Positions 23,194 through 32,536 of a DNA stretch of 64,000 nt are shown piece after piece. Position 1 is the first letter of the stretch. Every line of letters starts with the position of its first letter. The notes under the pieces were generated by a model. The model was given only the letters and a program-made list of their open reading frames with translations, was not told where the DNA came from and did not search any database. Both the position numbers and the translations under genes were made by a program. Source of the stretch: an uncultured delta proteobacterium (GTDB taxonomy: Bacteria > Myxococcota_A > Polyangia > Polyangiales > Polyangiaceae); the NCBI GenBank assembly GCA_963841435.1, contig CAWJCS010000006.1, positions 1,632,001 to 1,696,000 of the forward strand, written 5' to 3'.

Positions 23194-23563
23194 GGGTTTT
23201 GCTGTGCGACCACGCGGTTTGCGTGCTATGTCTGAACCAACGTGCAGCATGGAACCTTGGTTCCCGGGCCGGTCCGTCGGGGGGTTACCCTCGAGTGGTG
23301 CATCAGGGATGAAGCCGCGACTCCGCGGCTTCCTTTCGGAAGCGCCCCCATCGAGAACGGTGGCGATGGAGCGCTCGGAAATCGGTTTGGGCGTCTCTCG
23401 CTCTGCCGTTGCTCCGGGGCGTCCGGCCAAGGCCGGAGGAGGTCAGTGCACAATGCATAGATGTTGTACCCCTTGCCCGGAGGTAACCCTCTAGCCTCGG
23501 ACCCCGCGCCTACGGCGCGAGCCTGAGGTATCGGCTGCTGACGCTCTGCACACGGCAAAGCTC
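23194..23563. ncRNA. Candidate structured non-coding RNA (family not identified)
   Basis: Nested long-range complementary segments and several hairpins in a ~700-bp gap without a convincing ORF (see findings). Confidence 0.4.
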
Positions 23564-23763
23564 GTAGCCGGCCCCCACCCTCCGGGTGTGTCGGGGCTAC
23601 ACCGCGAGCCGGGCGGCCAGGTTGCCGCCCGGCTCGTCTTACTTTGTGACGCGGGTGCCCAAAGTGCGGGCGTCGCCTGTTGGGACTGGACATTCGGGCC
23701 AATCTGCTGGAAAAACCTCCGTCGCGTGGGGCGACGGCCCACCTCGCCTGAGGAATCAGCCTG

Positions 23764-25551
23764 ATGATCGAGCACTTGATGGCGCTTGCCGCCGCGCACC
23801 TGCACTCGCTGGGGCTCGGCTCCGATTTTTTCCTTTACGAGCGCTGGGAGGGTCCCTGGTTCGAGAAGGACAACTGGGAACGGGCCATGAAGGGCCTGCG
23901 CATCTTCCTGACGATGTCGGGGGCGCTGTTCCTCATCTACGAGATCCGCGCCCGCCGGCTACGCGAGAAGCTCAGCCTGCGCTTCCGCCGCCGCATCGCG
24001 TACGTGATGACGGCGCTCGCGTTCCTCGTCTACTTCGACTTTTTCAATCCGAACGTCCGCTACGACCAGTACTACCACCGGCACGAGTTTTATCATTACT
24101 ACCTAGGCTCGAAGTTCTCGAAGGAGCTCGGCTATCTCCGGCTCTACGAGTGCACGATGATCGCCGAGATCGAGCTTGGCCGCGGCGCGAGCGTCCGCAA
24201 GCGCGAGGTCAGAGACCTCCGCGTCAACCTCATCAAGCCGGTCGAGGCGACGTACATCGTCAGCGACCCCGATCAGTGCAAGCGCCACTTCACCCCCGCA
24301 CGCTGGGAGGCGTTCAAGAAGGACGTCGACTGGTTCTACCACTCAGCCGCCGGCAGCTATTGGGAGGGCATGCAGAAGGACCACGGGTACAACCCGCCGC
24401 CAGTCTGGACGATGACCGGCAAGTTCTTCGGCAGCTTCGGTCCAGCGGGCGACGGGTATTTCAAGGCCCTCGCCTTCATCGACATCTTCTTCCACCTCGG
24501 CTGCGTGCTGATGTTCGGCTGGGCGTTCGGCTGGAGGGCGATGGCGGTCGCCACGGTGTTCTGGGGCTGTAATGCGCCCGCAAACTTCTACTGGACCGGA
24601 GGAGCGTTCCTCAGACAGGACTGGATCTTCCTTCTGGTCGCGTCTCTCTGTCTGCTCCGGAAGCGAAAGTTCTTCATGGCGGGGTTCGCGCTCACCTGGT
24701 CGGCGTTGCTCCGCATCTTCCCGGGTCTCTTCATTTTCGGCGTCGCGATCATCGTGGGCTTTCACCTGATCGAGAAGATCCGGCAGGCCCGCGCCGGCAA
24801 CCCACCGAAGACGCTGCTCGACTACCTCCACGTCGATCACCGGCGCTTCATCGGCGGGTGCGTCGTGTGCCTGGCGACGCTCGTCCCAGCGAGCATCGTC
24901 GTCACGGGCGGGACGGAAGCCTACAAGGACTTCTACGAGCACACGCTGAAGACCCACCAGCGGACCCCACTGACCAACACCATGGGTCTCGAGACCATGG
25001 TCGAGCACAACTGGGCGGGTCGCATGCGCTTCACGCGCGACGACAACCTCGACGATCCGTTCGAGGGCTGGAAGCAAGGGCGCCTCGACCGCTTCCAGCA
25101 GATGAAGCCCGTATTCTTCGGCATCATCGCAATCATTGCCGCATGGACGGCGTGGGCGCTGCGCCGGACCAAGCTCCTTTGGGTCGGTCTCGCGCTCAGC
25201 GCGCCGATGGTGGTCTGCCTCACGAACGTCACTTGCTACTACTATTCGTTCTGGATGGTGGTCGGAGCGCTCGTGATCGCGCGCCGGCAGATCGGCCCAC
25301 CGCTTTTGGTCGCGAGCGGCGTGAGCCAGATCCTGCTCTACGCGCCGAACGGCTACTATTGGGTCAACGACCGGTACAACGCGCAGTCGTACCTGTTCTT
25401 CGCGCTGTCGCTCGTCGTGCTCTTCGTCTACTCGCGGCCGTTCAGCATCCAGCGTCTGAAGGCGTGGTGGGACCACAAGCCTGAGCCCAAGGGCAAGCTA
25501 AAGCTCCTGGTCTCGTCGGGGCCGCCACCTGCCCCCACGCCGGGCGAATAG
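23764..25551 (+). CDS. Multi-pass membrane protein, possibly a GT-C fold glycosyltransferase
   Basis: GAGGA RBS; about 10 TM helices with a large loop after the second; YNPPP motif. Confidence 0.6.
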   Translation: MIEHLMALAAAHLHSLGLGSDFFLYERWEGPWFEKDNWERAMKGLRIFLTMSGALFLIYEIRARRLREKLSLRFRRRIAYVMTALAFLVYFDFFNPNVRYDQYYHRHEFYHYYLGSKFSKELGYLRLYECTMIAEIELGRGASVRKREVRDLRVNLIKPVEATYIVSDPDQCKRHFTPARWEAFKKDVDWFYHSAAGSYWEGMQKDHGYNPPPVWTMTGKFFGSFGPAGDGYFKALAFIDIFFHLGCVLMFGWAFGWRAMAVATVFWGCNAPANFYWTGGAFLRQDWIFLLVASLCLLRKRKFFMAGFALTWSALLRIFPGLFIFGVAIIVGFHLIEKIRQARAGNPPKTLLDYLHVDHRRFIGGCVVCLATLVPASIVVTGGTEAYKDFYEHTLKTHQRTPLTNTMGLETMVEHNWAGRMRFTRDDNLDDPFEGWKQGRLDRFQQMKPVFFGIIAIIAAWTAWALRRTKLLWVGLALSAPMVVCLTNVTCYYYSFWMVVGALVIARRQIGPPLLVASGVSQILLYAPNGYYWVNDRYNAQSYLFFALSLVVLFVYSRPFSIQRLKAWWDHKPEPKGKLKLLVSSGPPPAPTPGE

Positions 25552-25560
25552 CCGACCGCG

Positions 25561-26427
25561 TCAGAGCCCGACGGCCGAGCGCAGCTCGGGGCGACCCCGG
25601 ATGCCGAGCGCCATGCGGTAGAGCGTCCCGTCGGGCGTGGCGGCGCCCTCGACGCCTCCGGCGGTCGTGGCGTAGAGCACGTCGAGCTCGGGCCCTCCGA
25701 AGGCCGCTGCCGAGACGCGCGTCACGGGGAACACCAGGCGCTCGAGCACTCGCCCGTCCGGGTCGATCCGAAGCACGCTCGAGGCGCCCCAGCGGGCACT
25801 CCAGAGGCAATCTTCGGCGTCGATCGACAGGCCGTCCGGCGTGCCCTCGCCGTCGGACGCCGTGTAAAAGCGCATGCGGTTGGCGAGGGCGCCCGTCGCG
25901 CGGTCGTAGTCGAAGCGATCGATGGTCTTCGTGGTGCTGCACGTGAAGTAGAAGCGCGAATAATCGTGCGCAAAGCCCATGCCGTTGGCGCAACCCGTGC
26001 CCTTGAACAGGCAGTGCACGCTGCCGTCACGATCGACCCGGTAAAGCCCTCCGCTCTCGCTCGTCTTGCCGATGCTGCCAACGAAGACGCGGCCTTCTGG
26101 ATCGGCCAGGCAATCGTTGAAGCGGGCCATGTCCTGGTCGATGCCCTCGAGGAGCACACGCCGCTCGCCCTCGGGCGAGAGCGAAACCATGCGGTCGGCT
26201 TCGAACAGCAACAGCGAGCCGTCGGCCTGGAACGTGAACCCGCCGACGACCGGGCCCCTGTAAAAGCATTCGTGCTCGAGCGTCGCGTGGTCGAGGCGGA
26301 AAAGACGACCGGTCTCGATGTCGAGCCAGTAGAGCCGCTGCTCCTCGGCGTGCCAGCGGGGATTTTCACCCACCACGCAGTGGTAGTTCGCGAGGGCCTG
26401 GGGAGGGGGCCTCACGGGCCGCGTCAC
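25561..26427 (-). CDS. SMP-30/gluconolactonase/LRE-family protein
   Basis: GENPRW, RFND...DPEGR, NGMGF, PDGLSIDAED, AFGG..LDVLYATTA. Confidence 0.92.
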   Translation of the reverse strand: MTRPVRPPPQALANYHCVVGENPRWHAEEQRLYWLDIETGRLFRLDHATLEHECFYRGPVVGGFTFQADGSLLLFEADRMVSLSPEGERRVLLEGIDQDMARFNDCLADPEGRVFVGSIGKTSESGGLYRVDRDGSVHCLFKGTGCANGMGFAHDYSRFYFTCSTTKTIDRFDYDRATGALANRMRFYTASDGEGTPDGLSIDAEDCLWSARWGASSVLRIDPDGRVLERLVFPVTRVSAAAFGGPELDVLYATTAGGVEGAATPDGTLYRMALGIRGRPELRSAVGL

Positions 26428-27098
26428 GCGAGACCGAGAGCGCGGCGAAACCCCGCCAGCACCTCGGGCAGGCCGTCGGGCAACGCCTGAAGCTTCACGT
26501 CGAGGTGCTCGGGGTCGGTCTCGATCGCGCCCACGGTGATGATCGGCAAGACCAGCGACAACGCGCGCTGCAGCCGCTCGTCTTTGGCGATCCTGGGGTG
26601 TTTCATGAGGTCGAGCACCACGCGGTCGTCGCGAGCCTCGACGAGCAAGGCGGGGCGCTTCGGCATGTAGGCGGCGAGGTTGCCGGGCTTGCTGAGATCG
26701 AGCGCGCCCGACCTCAAGAGCGCCGCCACCGGTGTTTCCTGGGTTTCGTCGAGCACGCGCAGCGACACGTCCGCGAGCTTGAGCTCGACGCGCAGGGTGT
26801 CGGGTCCGAAGCGCACGTCCTTGACGAAGACCGTCGCCTTGGCGCGCACCGTCGTTCCCATCAGATCGATGGTCGCGGAAGCGCGGATCCCGGGCGGGAC
26901 GGCAGAGATTTCGATGTCGCGGGGCGCTTTCTTGCCGCTCAGTCTGCCCGCACCCCAGCGCAGCGCCGCGATGGGCACACCGAAGCGCAACCCGACGGCA
27001 TTGCGCGCGGCCCGCAGCAGCTCCTCGGGATGCCGGCGCAGGTACGACGCCAGCGTCTCCACGAGTGGAACCACCAAGGAAGCAATCGGGACGCTCAT
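26424..27098 (-). CDS. Hypothetical protein
   Basis: Open frame with GC3-rich codons; stop overlaps the SMP-30 gene start. Confidence 0.65.
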   Translation of the reverse strand: MSVPIASLVVPLVETLASYLRRHPEELLRAARNAVGLRFGVPIAALRWGAGRLSGKKAPRDIEISAVPPGIRASATIDLMGTTVRAKATVFVKDVRFGPDTLRVELKLADVSLRVLDETQETPVAALLRSGALDLSKPGNLAAYMPKRPALLVEARDDRVVLDLMKHPRIAKDERLQRALSLVLPIITVGAIETDPEHLDVKLQALPDGLPEVLAGFRRALGLA

Positions 27099-27199
27099 CG
27101 GGGCACGGAGCAAACCACAGCTCTTCTCGGGAGTGGGAGGCAAATCGCCGCGCCCGAGCGGGTGCGACGGACGCCGGGGTTTGCTAACCTCGCCCGGCC

Positions 27200-27940
27200 A
27201 TGCGCGTGCAGAAGCTCGGCGAGCTAACCGTGAGGATCGCTGGAGGGGTGGATCGCGAGGGGGGTGGTGACGGGCCGGTCGTCGTGCTCCTTCACGGCTT
27301 CGGCGCGCCGGGCGCCGATCTCGTGGGGCTGCATCGCGGCATCGTCGTGCCACGGGAAGTGCGCTTCGTGTTTCCCGCCGCACCCATCGCGCTCGAGCCG
27401 AACGCACCCGAGGAGCTCATGCCGCGCGCCTGGTGGCTCATCGACATCCCAGGCCTGCAAAGCGCCATCCGAGAAGGCCGCGCGGTCGAGCTCGCTCGCG
27501 AGACGCCGCCGGGCCTCGATGAGGCGCGCGACAAGATGATGGGCCTACTCACTGCCGTCGAGCAGGAGCTCGGGACGCCCGTGGAACGTGTGGTGCTAGG
27601 CGGGTTCTCCCAGGGCGCCATGCTCGCCTGCGACGTGGCGCTACGCGCCGAGCGGGCACCCGCCGGCCTGGTCATGATGAGCGCGGCGCCCGTTTCGGTG
27701 CCGGAATGGCGGGCGCTCGCGCCTGCGCGAGCGGGTCTTCCCGTCTTGCAGAGCCACGGGCGCGCCAATCCGGTGCTCCCCTTCGCGGGCGGCGAGTACC
27801 TGCGTGACATGCTGCGTGAGGCGGGGCTTGCCGTGGAATGGATCGAGTGGAACGGCGGGCACGGCGTCCCCGACGGCGTGATCGAGCGGCTCGGACCCTT
27901 CATCGCTGCGACGACCGCACCGCGAGAGGCCGCGCCCTAG
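27200..27940 (+). CDS. Phospholipase/carboxylesterase (alpha/beta hydrolase)
   Basis: LLHGFGA, FVFPAAP, RAWW, GGFSQG nucleophile elbow, GGHG. Confidence 0.88.
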   Translation: MRVQKLGELTVRIAGGVDREGGGDGPVVVLLHGFGAPGADLVGLHRGIVVPREVRFVFPAAPIALEPNAPEELMPRAWWLIDIPGLQSAIREGRAVELARETPPGLDEARDKMMGLLTAVEQELGTPVERVVLGGFSQGAMLACDVALRAERAPAGLVMMSAAPVSVPEWRALAPARAGLPVLQSHGRANPVLPFAGGEYLRDMLREAGLAVEWIEWNGGHGVPDGVIERLGPFIAATTAPREAAP

Positions 27941-27976
27941 TCCCGAATTGGGGGATTTTGGCGGAACGGCTCGCGA

Positions 27977-28972
27977 TCAGCGCGGGCCGGCGACTCTAAC
28001 GACGGCGGCTCCGGTGAAGGCGCCGCGCCGCAGATCTTCGAGAGCGCGTGGGGTTTCCGACAGCGAGTAGCTCGTGACCTCGGTCTTCACGGGGACTTTC
28101 GGCGCGATGGCCAAGAAGGCAAGTCCATCGGCGCGCGTGAGGTTCGCGACGGAAGCGACGCTCCGCTCGCCCCACAGAAGCTCGTAGGGAAAGCTCGGGA
28201 TGTCGCTCATGTGGATGCCGGCGCAGACCACGCGACCCCCGCGGTCCACGGCGGCGAGCGCCCGCGGCACGAGCTCCCCGACCGCCGCGAAGATGATGGC
28301 GCCATCCAGGGGCTCGGGCGGGCCCTCGTCGGACCCCCCTGCCCACTCGCAGCCGAGCCGACGAGCGAAGGCCTGTGCGGCCGTGTCGCCGGGACGCGTG
28401 AACGCGAACACGCGGCGTCCCTGGAACCGCGCCACCTGGGCCACGATGTGCGCCGACGCGCCGAAACCGTAGAGCCCCAGTCGCCCGGCGTCGCCCGTCC
28501 GTTGAAGCGCCCGATGGCCGATGAGCCCGGCGCACAGCAGCGGCGCCGCCTGCTCGTCCGGATAGCCCGCCGGGATCGGCAGCGCGAACGCCGCGCAAAC
28601 CACGGCGTGCTCCGCAAATCCGCCGTCGAGGTCGTACCCGGTAAACTTCGCTGTTTCGCAGAGGTTTTCGCGTCCGCTCCGACAGAACCGGCACGTTCCA
28701 CAGGCCCAACCGAGCCAAGGCACGCCCACGCGGTCCCCGACCTCGATGCCCGCGACCCGTTCGCCCAACGCCTCCACCTGCCCGACGATCTGGTGGCCGA
28801 GCACGAGCGGGATCTTCGGGTGCTCGAGCTCGCCGTCGAGGACGTGCAGATCGGTGCGACAGACGCCGCAGACCAGGACCCGGAGCCGCACCTCGTCGGG
28901 GCCGGGGCGCGGCTCGGCGAGCTCCGTTTCGCGGAGCGGGCCCTTCGGACGCTCGAGGACGATGGCGCGCAT
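27977..28972 (-). CDS. Zinc-dependent alcohol dehydrogenase (AdhP-like)
   Basis: CGVCRTDLH, GHQIVG, CGTCRFC..ENLC, APLLCAG, GLYGFG. Confidence 0.93.
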   Translation of the reverse strand: MRAIVLERPKGPLRETELAEPRPGPDEVRLRVLVCGVCRTDLHVLDGELEHPKIPLVLGHQIVGQVEALGERVAGIEVGDRVGVPWLGWACGTCRFCRSGRENLCETAKFTGYDLDGGFAEHAVVCAAFALPIPAGYPDEQAAPLLCAGLIGHRALQRTGDAGRLGLYGFGASAHIVAQVARFQGRRVFAFTRPGDTAAQAFARRLGCEWAGGSDEGPPEPLDGAIIFAAVGELVPRALAAVDRGGRVVCAGIHMSDIPSFPYELLWGERSVASVANLTRADGLAFLAIAPKVPVKTEVTSYSLSETPRALEDLRRGAFTGAAVVRVAGPR

Positions 28973-29032
28973 GGCCGGAACCGCCCGAGATGGTAGCGTG
29001 CTCCTGGCCGCGTGCTAGGCGAGGCGACCCCG

Positions 29033-31474
29033 ATGGCCCAAGACGCAGCGCACGTTCTCGAGGACCCCGAGCTCGAACGCATCGTGGGCGAGGAGGAAGA
29101 CTGTCTCGAGCGCGTGGGGCAGGCCCTGTCCGTCCGCTCGCAGCGCACGCCTCGCGCCGACGCGGCCGAATACGACGCCCGGCTGCTCGACCTGCGCGAC
29201 CAGATCGGGGCGGCGCGCACGGAGGACCTGCCACCTCTCGTCCAGGAAATGGAGCGCGTTCAGGCGCTCGCGAGCCGGCTGCGCGAGATCGAGGAAGTGC
29301 CCGTCAACGTGCGCTCCCCCTACTTCGGGCGCCTCGTCCTCGCGGAGGGCGAGCGGCAGCGCGAGATCCTGATCGGACGTGCCACTCATCTCGATACGAA
29401 GAGCAACGTGCGCATCGTCGACTGGCGCGACGCTCCCGTGAGCCGCCTGTACTATCGCTACGAGGAGGGCGAGGAGTACGATGAGGAGTTCGGGGGGCGT
29501 GAAATCTCGGGGGAGGTAAAAGTGCGCCGCAGCGTCGGCATCACCGATGGCGTGCTTCGCCGCATCGGCTCGCCGCAGGGCACCTTCCTGCGCGGCTCGA
29601 ACGGCGCGTTCCGCCGCCTCGACGGCCAGGCGAGCCAGCTCGCCGGCGGCGCAGGCAGCGCCATCCGCGCCGAGCAGCATCACCGCCCCGGCCGCCTCGG
29701 GACGGGCACCGAAGGCGGCGACGACCGGCACCTCAAGGAAATCACCGCTCTCATCGATCCGCGACAGTTCGAGCTCATCACACGCTCCGACTCGGGGCTT
29801 TGCGTGATCCAGGGCGGCGCGGGCAGCGGCAAGACCACGATCGCGCTGCACCGACTCGCCTACCTCGCGTTCCGCGATCCGCGCCGCTTCCGTCCCGATC
29901 GCATGCTGATCATCGTCTTCAACGATGCTCTTGCCCGCTACATCGACAAGGTGCTGCCCGCGCTCGGCGTCGCCGGCGTCACGATCCGCACCTACAGCCA
30001 CTGGGCGAGCCGGGTGCGCCAAGCGCTCTACCCGCGCCTGCCGACCGGGTACCACGAGGACACACCGAGCACCGTCACCCGCCTCAAGAAGCACCCCGTC
30101 GTGCTCGGCATGGTCGAGAGCCTCGTCGCGGAGCGGGCCAACGCGATCGAGGCGGACCTTCGCGCGGCCCTCGCGCGCGATGGCGAGGCCGGCGAGCGCA
30201 TCATCGACACGTTCCGAAAGGGCGCTGGTCGTCCCCTCGCCCACCGGCTCCACGCGCTCGTGGGGCTCGCACAGGGCGACCCCGGGCGAGCGCTCTCCAC
30301 GAACGGCCGCGTCTCGCTCGAGCGCATCGGCGGGCGCGCCCTCAGCGCCGCGCGCGACGTGCTCGGCGCCTGGGCGGAGCTGTTCTCCGATCGCGGAGCG
30401 CTCGGCCGCGCGTTCGACGCCGCGGCGCCCGGCGCCTTCTCCAAGGGCGAGCTGGACCGCGCGCACGCCTGGTGCGTGGCCCGTGCCACCGAGGTGCAAA
30501 ACGAGGTCGAAGCGACGCACGCGGGCCGCCCCGGCGGCCGCACCGGCGGCCGCCCTCGCGACGCCAGTGACGACGCCGAGGGGTTCACGGGGGAGGAGGA
30601 CGACGGCGAGATCGAGATCCGCGCGGGCGCCGACGGCGCCGAGCTCACGGAGCGGGCGTACCTCGACGTCGAGGACGACGCGCTCTTCCTGCTCCTGCAT
30701 CAGGTGCTTCGGGGCCCGCTCACCCGCGGTGCCACGCGCGAGCCGATCGTCTACGAGCACGTGCTCGTGGACGAAGCTCAGGACCTCAGCCCCGTCGAGC
30801 TCGCGGTCGTGCTCGGGACCGCGAGCCCCCAGAAGAGCGTCACGCTCGCAGGCGACGCCCAGCAGCGCATGCTGCTCGACAACGGTTTTACCGATTTTTC
30901 CACCGTGCTCGGCGAGCTCGGCTTCTCGCACGTGGCCGTCGAGCCGCTGAAGCTGAGCTACCGCTCGACGCACGAAATTATCGAGTTTTCCCGCGAGGTT
31001 CTGGGCCCGCTCGCGTCCGCTGACGCGCCCAAGGCGACGCGCGTCGGGGCCCCCGTCGAGCTGTTCCAGCTCGCCCACGCCGGCGACGCCGTGGCGTTCC
31101 TCACCGAAGGCCTGCGTGATCTCGGTCAGCGCGAGCCGGCCGCTTCGGTGGCGGTGATTGCACGCTTCCCCGAGCAGGCGGACGTTTACTACGAGGCGCT
31201 CCGCCGCGCGGAGCTCCACCACGCACGCCGCGTCGCCGAGCAGGACTTCTCCTTCAAACCCGGCATCGACGTAACGGACGTGCGGCAGGTCAAGGGCCTC
31301 GAGTTCGACTACGTGATCCTGGTCAACGTGAACGACGGCGTGTATCCCGTCAACGACGAGGCGCGCCACCTCCTGCATATCGCTGCCACTCGCGCCGCGC
31401 ACCAGCTCTGGATCGTGGCGACGGGCAGGCCGAGTCAAATATTGCCCGCGTCCCTCCTGGAGCGGAGCAGATAG
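29033..31474 (+). CDS. UvrD-like SF1 ATPase, HelD-type
   Basis: SPYFGR, IVDWRDAPVSRLYY, QGGAGSGKTT, VDEAQD, LAGD..Q, SYRS, KGLEFD, AATRA. Confidence 0.82.
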   Translation: MAQDAAHVLEDPELERIVGEEEDCLERVGQALSVRSQRTPRADAAEYDARLLDLRDQIGAARTEDLPPLVQEMERVQALASRLREIEEVPVNVRSPYFGRLVLAEGERQREILIGRATHLDTKSNVRIVDWRDAPVSRLYYRYEEGEEYDEEFGGREISGEVKVRRSVGITDGVLRRIGSPQGTFLRGSNGAFRRLDGQASQLAGGAGSAIRAEQHHRPGRLGTGTEGGDDRHLKEITALIDPRQFELITRSDSGLCVIQGGAGSGKTTIALHRLAYLAFRDPRRFRPDRMLIIVFNDALARYIDKVLPALGVAGVTIRTYSHWASRVRQALYPRLPTGYHEDTPSTVTRLKKHPVVLGMVESLVAERANAIEADLRAALARDGEAGERIIDTFRKGAGRPLAHRLHALVGLAQGDPGRALSTNGRVSLERIGGRALSAARDVLGAWAELFSDRGALGRAFDAAAPGAFSKGELDRAHAWCVARATEVQNEVEATHAGRPGGRTGGRPRDASDDAEGFTGEEDDGEIEIRAGADGAELTERAYLDVEDDALFLLLHQVLRGPLTRGATREPIVYEHVLVDEAQDLSPVELAVVLGTASPQKSVTLAGDAQQRMLLDNGFTDFSTVLGELGFSHVAVEPLKLSYRSTHEIIEFSREVLGPLASADAPKATRVGAPVELFQLAHAGDAVAFLTEGLRDLGQREPAASVAVIARFPEQADVYYEALRRAELHHARRVAEQDFSFKPGIDVTDVRQVKGLEFDYVILVNVNDGVYPVNDEARHLLHIAATRAAHQLWIVATGRPSQILPASLLERSR

Positions 31475-31488
31475 TAAAAGTCTACGCG

Positions 31489-32346
31489 CTACGCCGTTAG
31501 CAAAACTGGCAACGCGTGGCGTTCGACGTGGGCTCGGTGGACGCGCAGGTTTCGGTCGACTCCGATGATTTCGCCGGGGGCGAAGGGCTGCCAGACGTTC
31601 TCGCCGGACAGCGGCTCGCTCGAGACGATGAAGTGATTCACGTCACCCGTCGTCGTGGGGGCCTCGCACACTGCGGAGAGGCTCGGACAGTGATCACGGT
31701 CGGAACAGCGGTGCTTGTGGGTCGAGAAAAACAGATCCTTGCCGCCCTGCGTCGCGACGAGCAGCTCGCCGTCGGTCACCATCAACGTGAGCAGCGATGT
31801 CGGCTCGCCCTCGCGGTCGCAGAGGGCGCGCACGCGCTCGACGGCCGTTCTGAGCGCCCAGGTCACGTCCCCGAGCTCGAAGCGCTCCGAAAGCGGGCCG
31901 CGGCGGGCGAGCTGAGTTAGGAACAGGAAAAAAACGATCTCACTGTCCGTCTCGCCGAGGATGAAGCGCGCGAGCTCGGGCGCGATCTCGGCGACCATGG
32001 CGTCGCGCCGGGCCGAAAACGACGGGATGTCGCCGTTGTGGGCGAACACCCAGCGCCCGTATTGGAAGGGGTGGCAATTGAGGACGGTCTTCGCCCCCTG
32101 CGTGGCTTTTCGCACGTGCGCGAGCACCGTCTGCGAGGCGACCACCCCGCTCAACCGGTGGAACAGCGTGTCACCGAGGGCCGTGAGCGGGCTTCGCGTG
32201 AGGTGCGGGGTGCCGTCAACGTAGAAGGCGACTCCCCAGCCGTCCGGATGGTCGTTACTCTGGATGCCGAGGGCATTTTCGGCGTCGAGCAGCGAGCGAT
32301 GAACCCGGCTCGCGATGACGCTCCGAAACCCGAACAATCGGCACAT
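31489..32346 (-). CDS. Class II glutamine amidotransferase (YafJ/EgtC-like)
   Basis: GGAGG RBS; N-terminal MCRLFG, DGWG, HVRKAT, NCHPF, FAHNG, GETDSE, SSEPL. Confidence 0.92.
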   Translation of the reverse strand: MCRLFGFRSVIASRVHRSLLDAENALGIQSNDHPDGWGVAFYVDGTPHLTRSPLTALGDTLFHRLSGVVASQTVLAHVRKATQGAKTVLNCHPFQYGRWVFAHNGDIPSFSARRDAMVAEIAPELARFILGETDSEIVFFLFLTQLARRGPLSERFELGDVTWALRTAVERVRALCDREGEPTSLLTLMVTDGELLVATQGGKDLFFSTHKHRCSDRDHCPSLSAVCEAPTTTGDVNHFIVSSEPLSGENVWQPFAPGEIIGVDRNLRVHRAHVERHALPVLLTA

Positions 32347-32406
32347 GGGGAGTTCCTCCCGCCAGTATCCCACCCCTCGCAGGCGGGGCCCAGCCGTTCC
32401 GAAACC

Positions 32407-32420
32407 TGGAACCGATTCCA
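32407..32420. promoter_or_regulatory. LacI-type operator candidate TGGAACCGATTCCA
   Basis: Near-palindrome upstream of the first porin-like gene; recurs at 34872 and 42640. Confidence 0.65.
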
Positions 32421-32536
32421 GTTTCGGGCTTCCGAATTTCGGCACACCCTGCTATGAGTGGCCGCGCGTTGAAACACGCCGGACGCCGAGGGCGTGCTTG
32501 CCCCGGGCAATCCGGCTCCGAACCCTCGTAGAGCCC

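Noticed and set aside
23251-23264. GGAACCTTGGTTCC as a fourth LacI operator
   Set aside because: It has two extra central bases, lacks the central CG and lies far from the sugar genes; better read as a hairpin.
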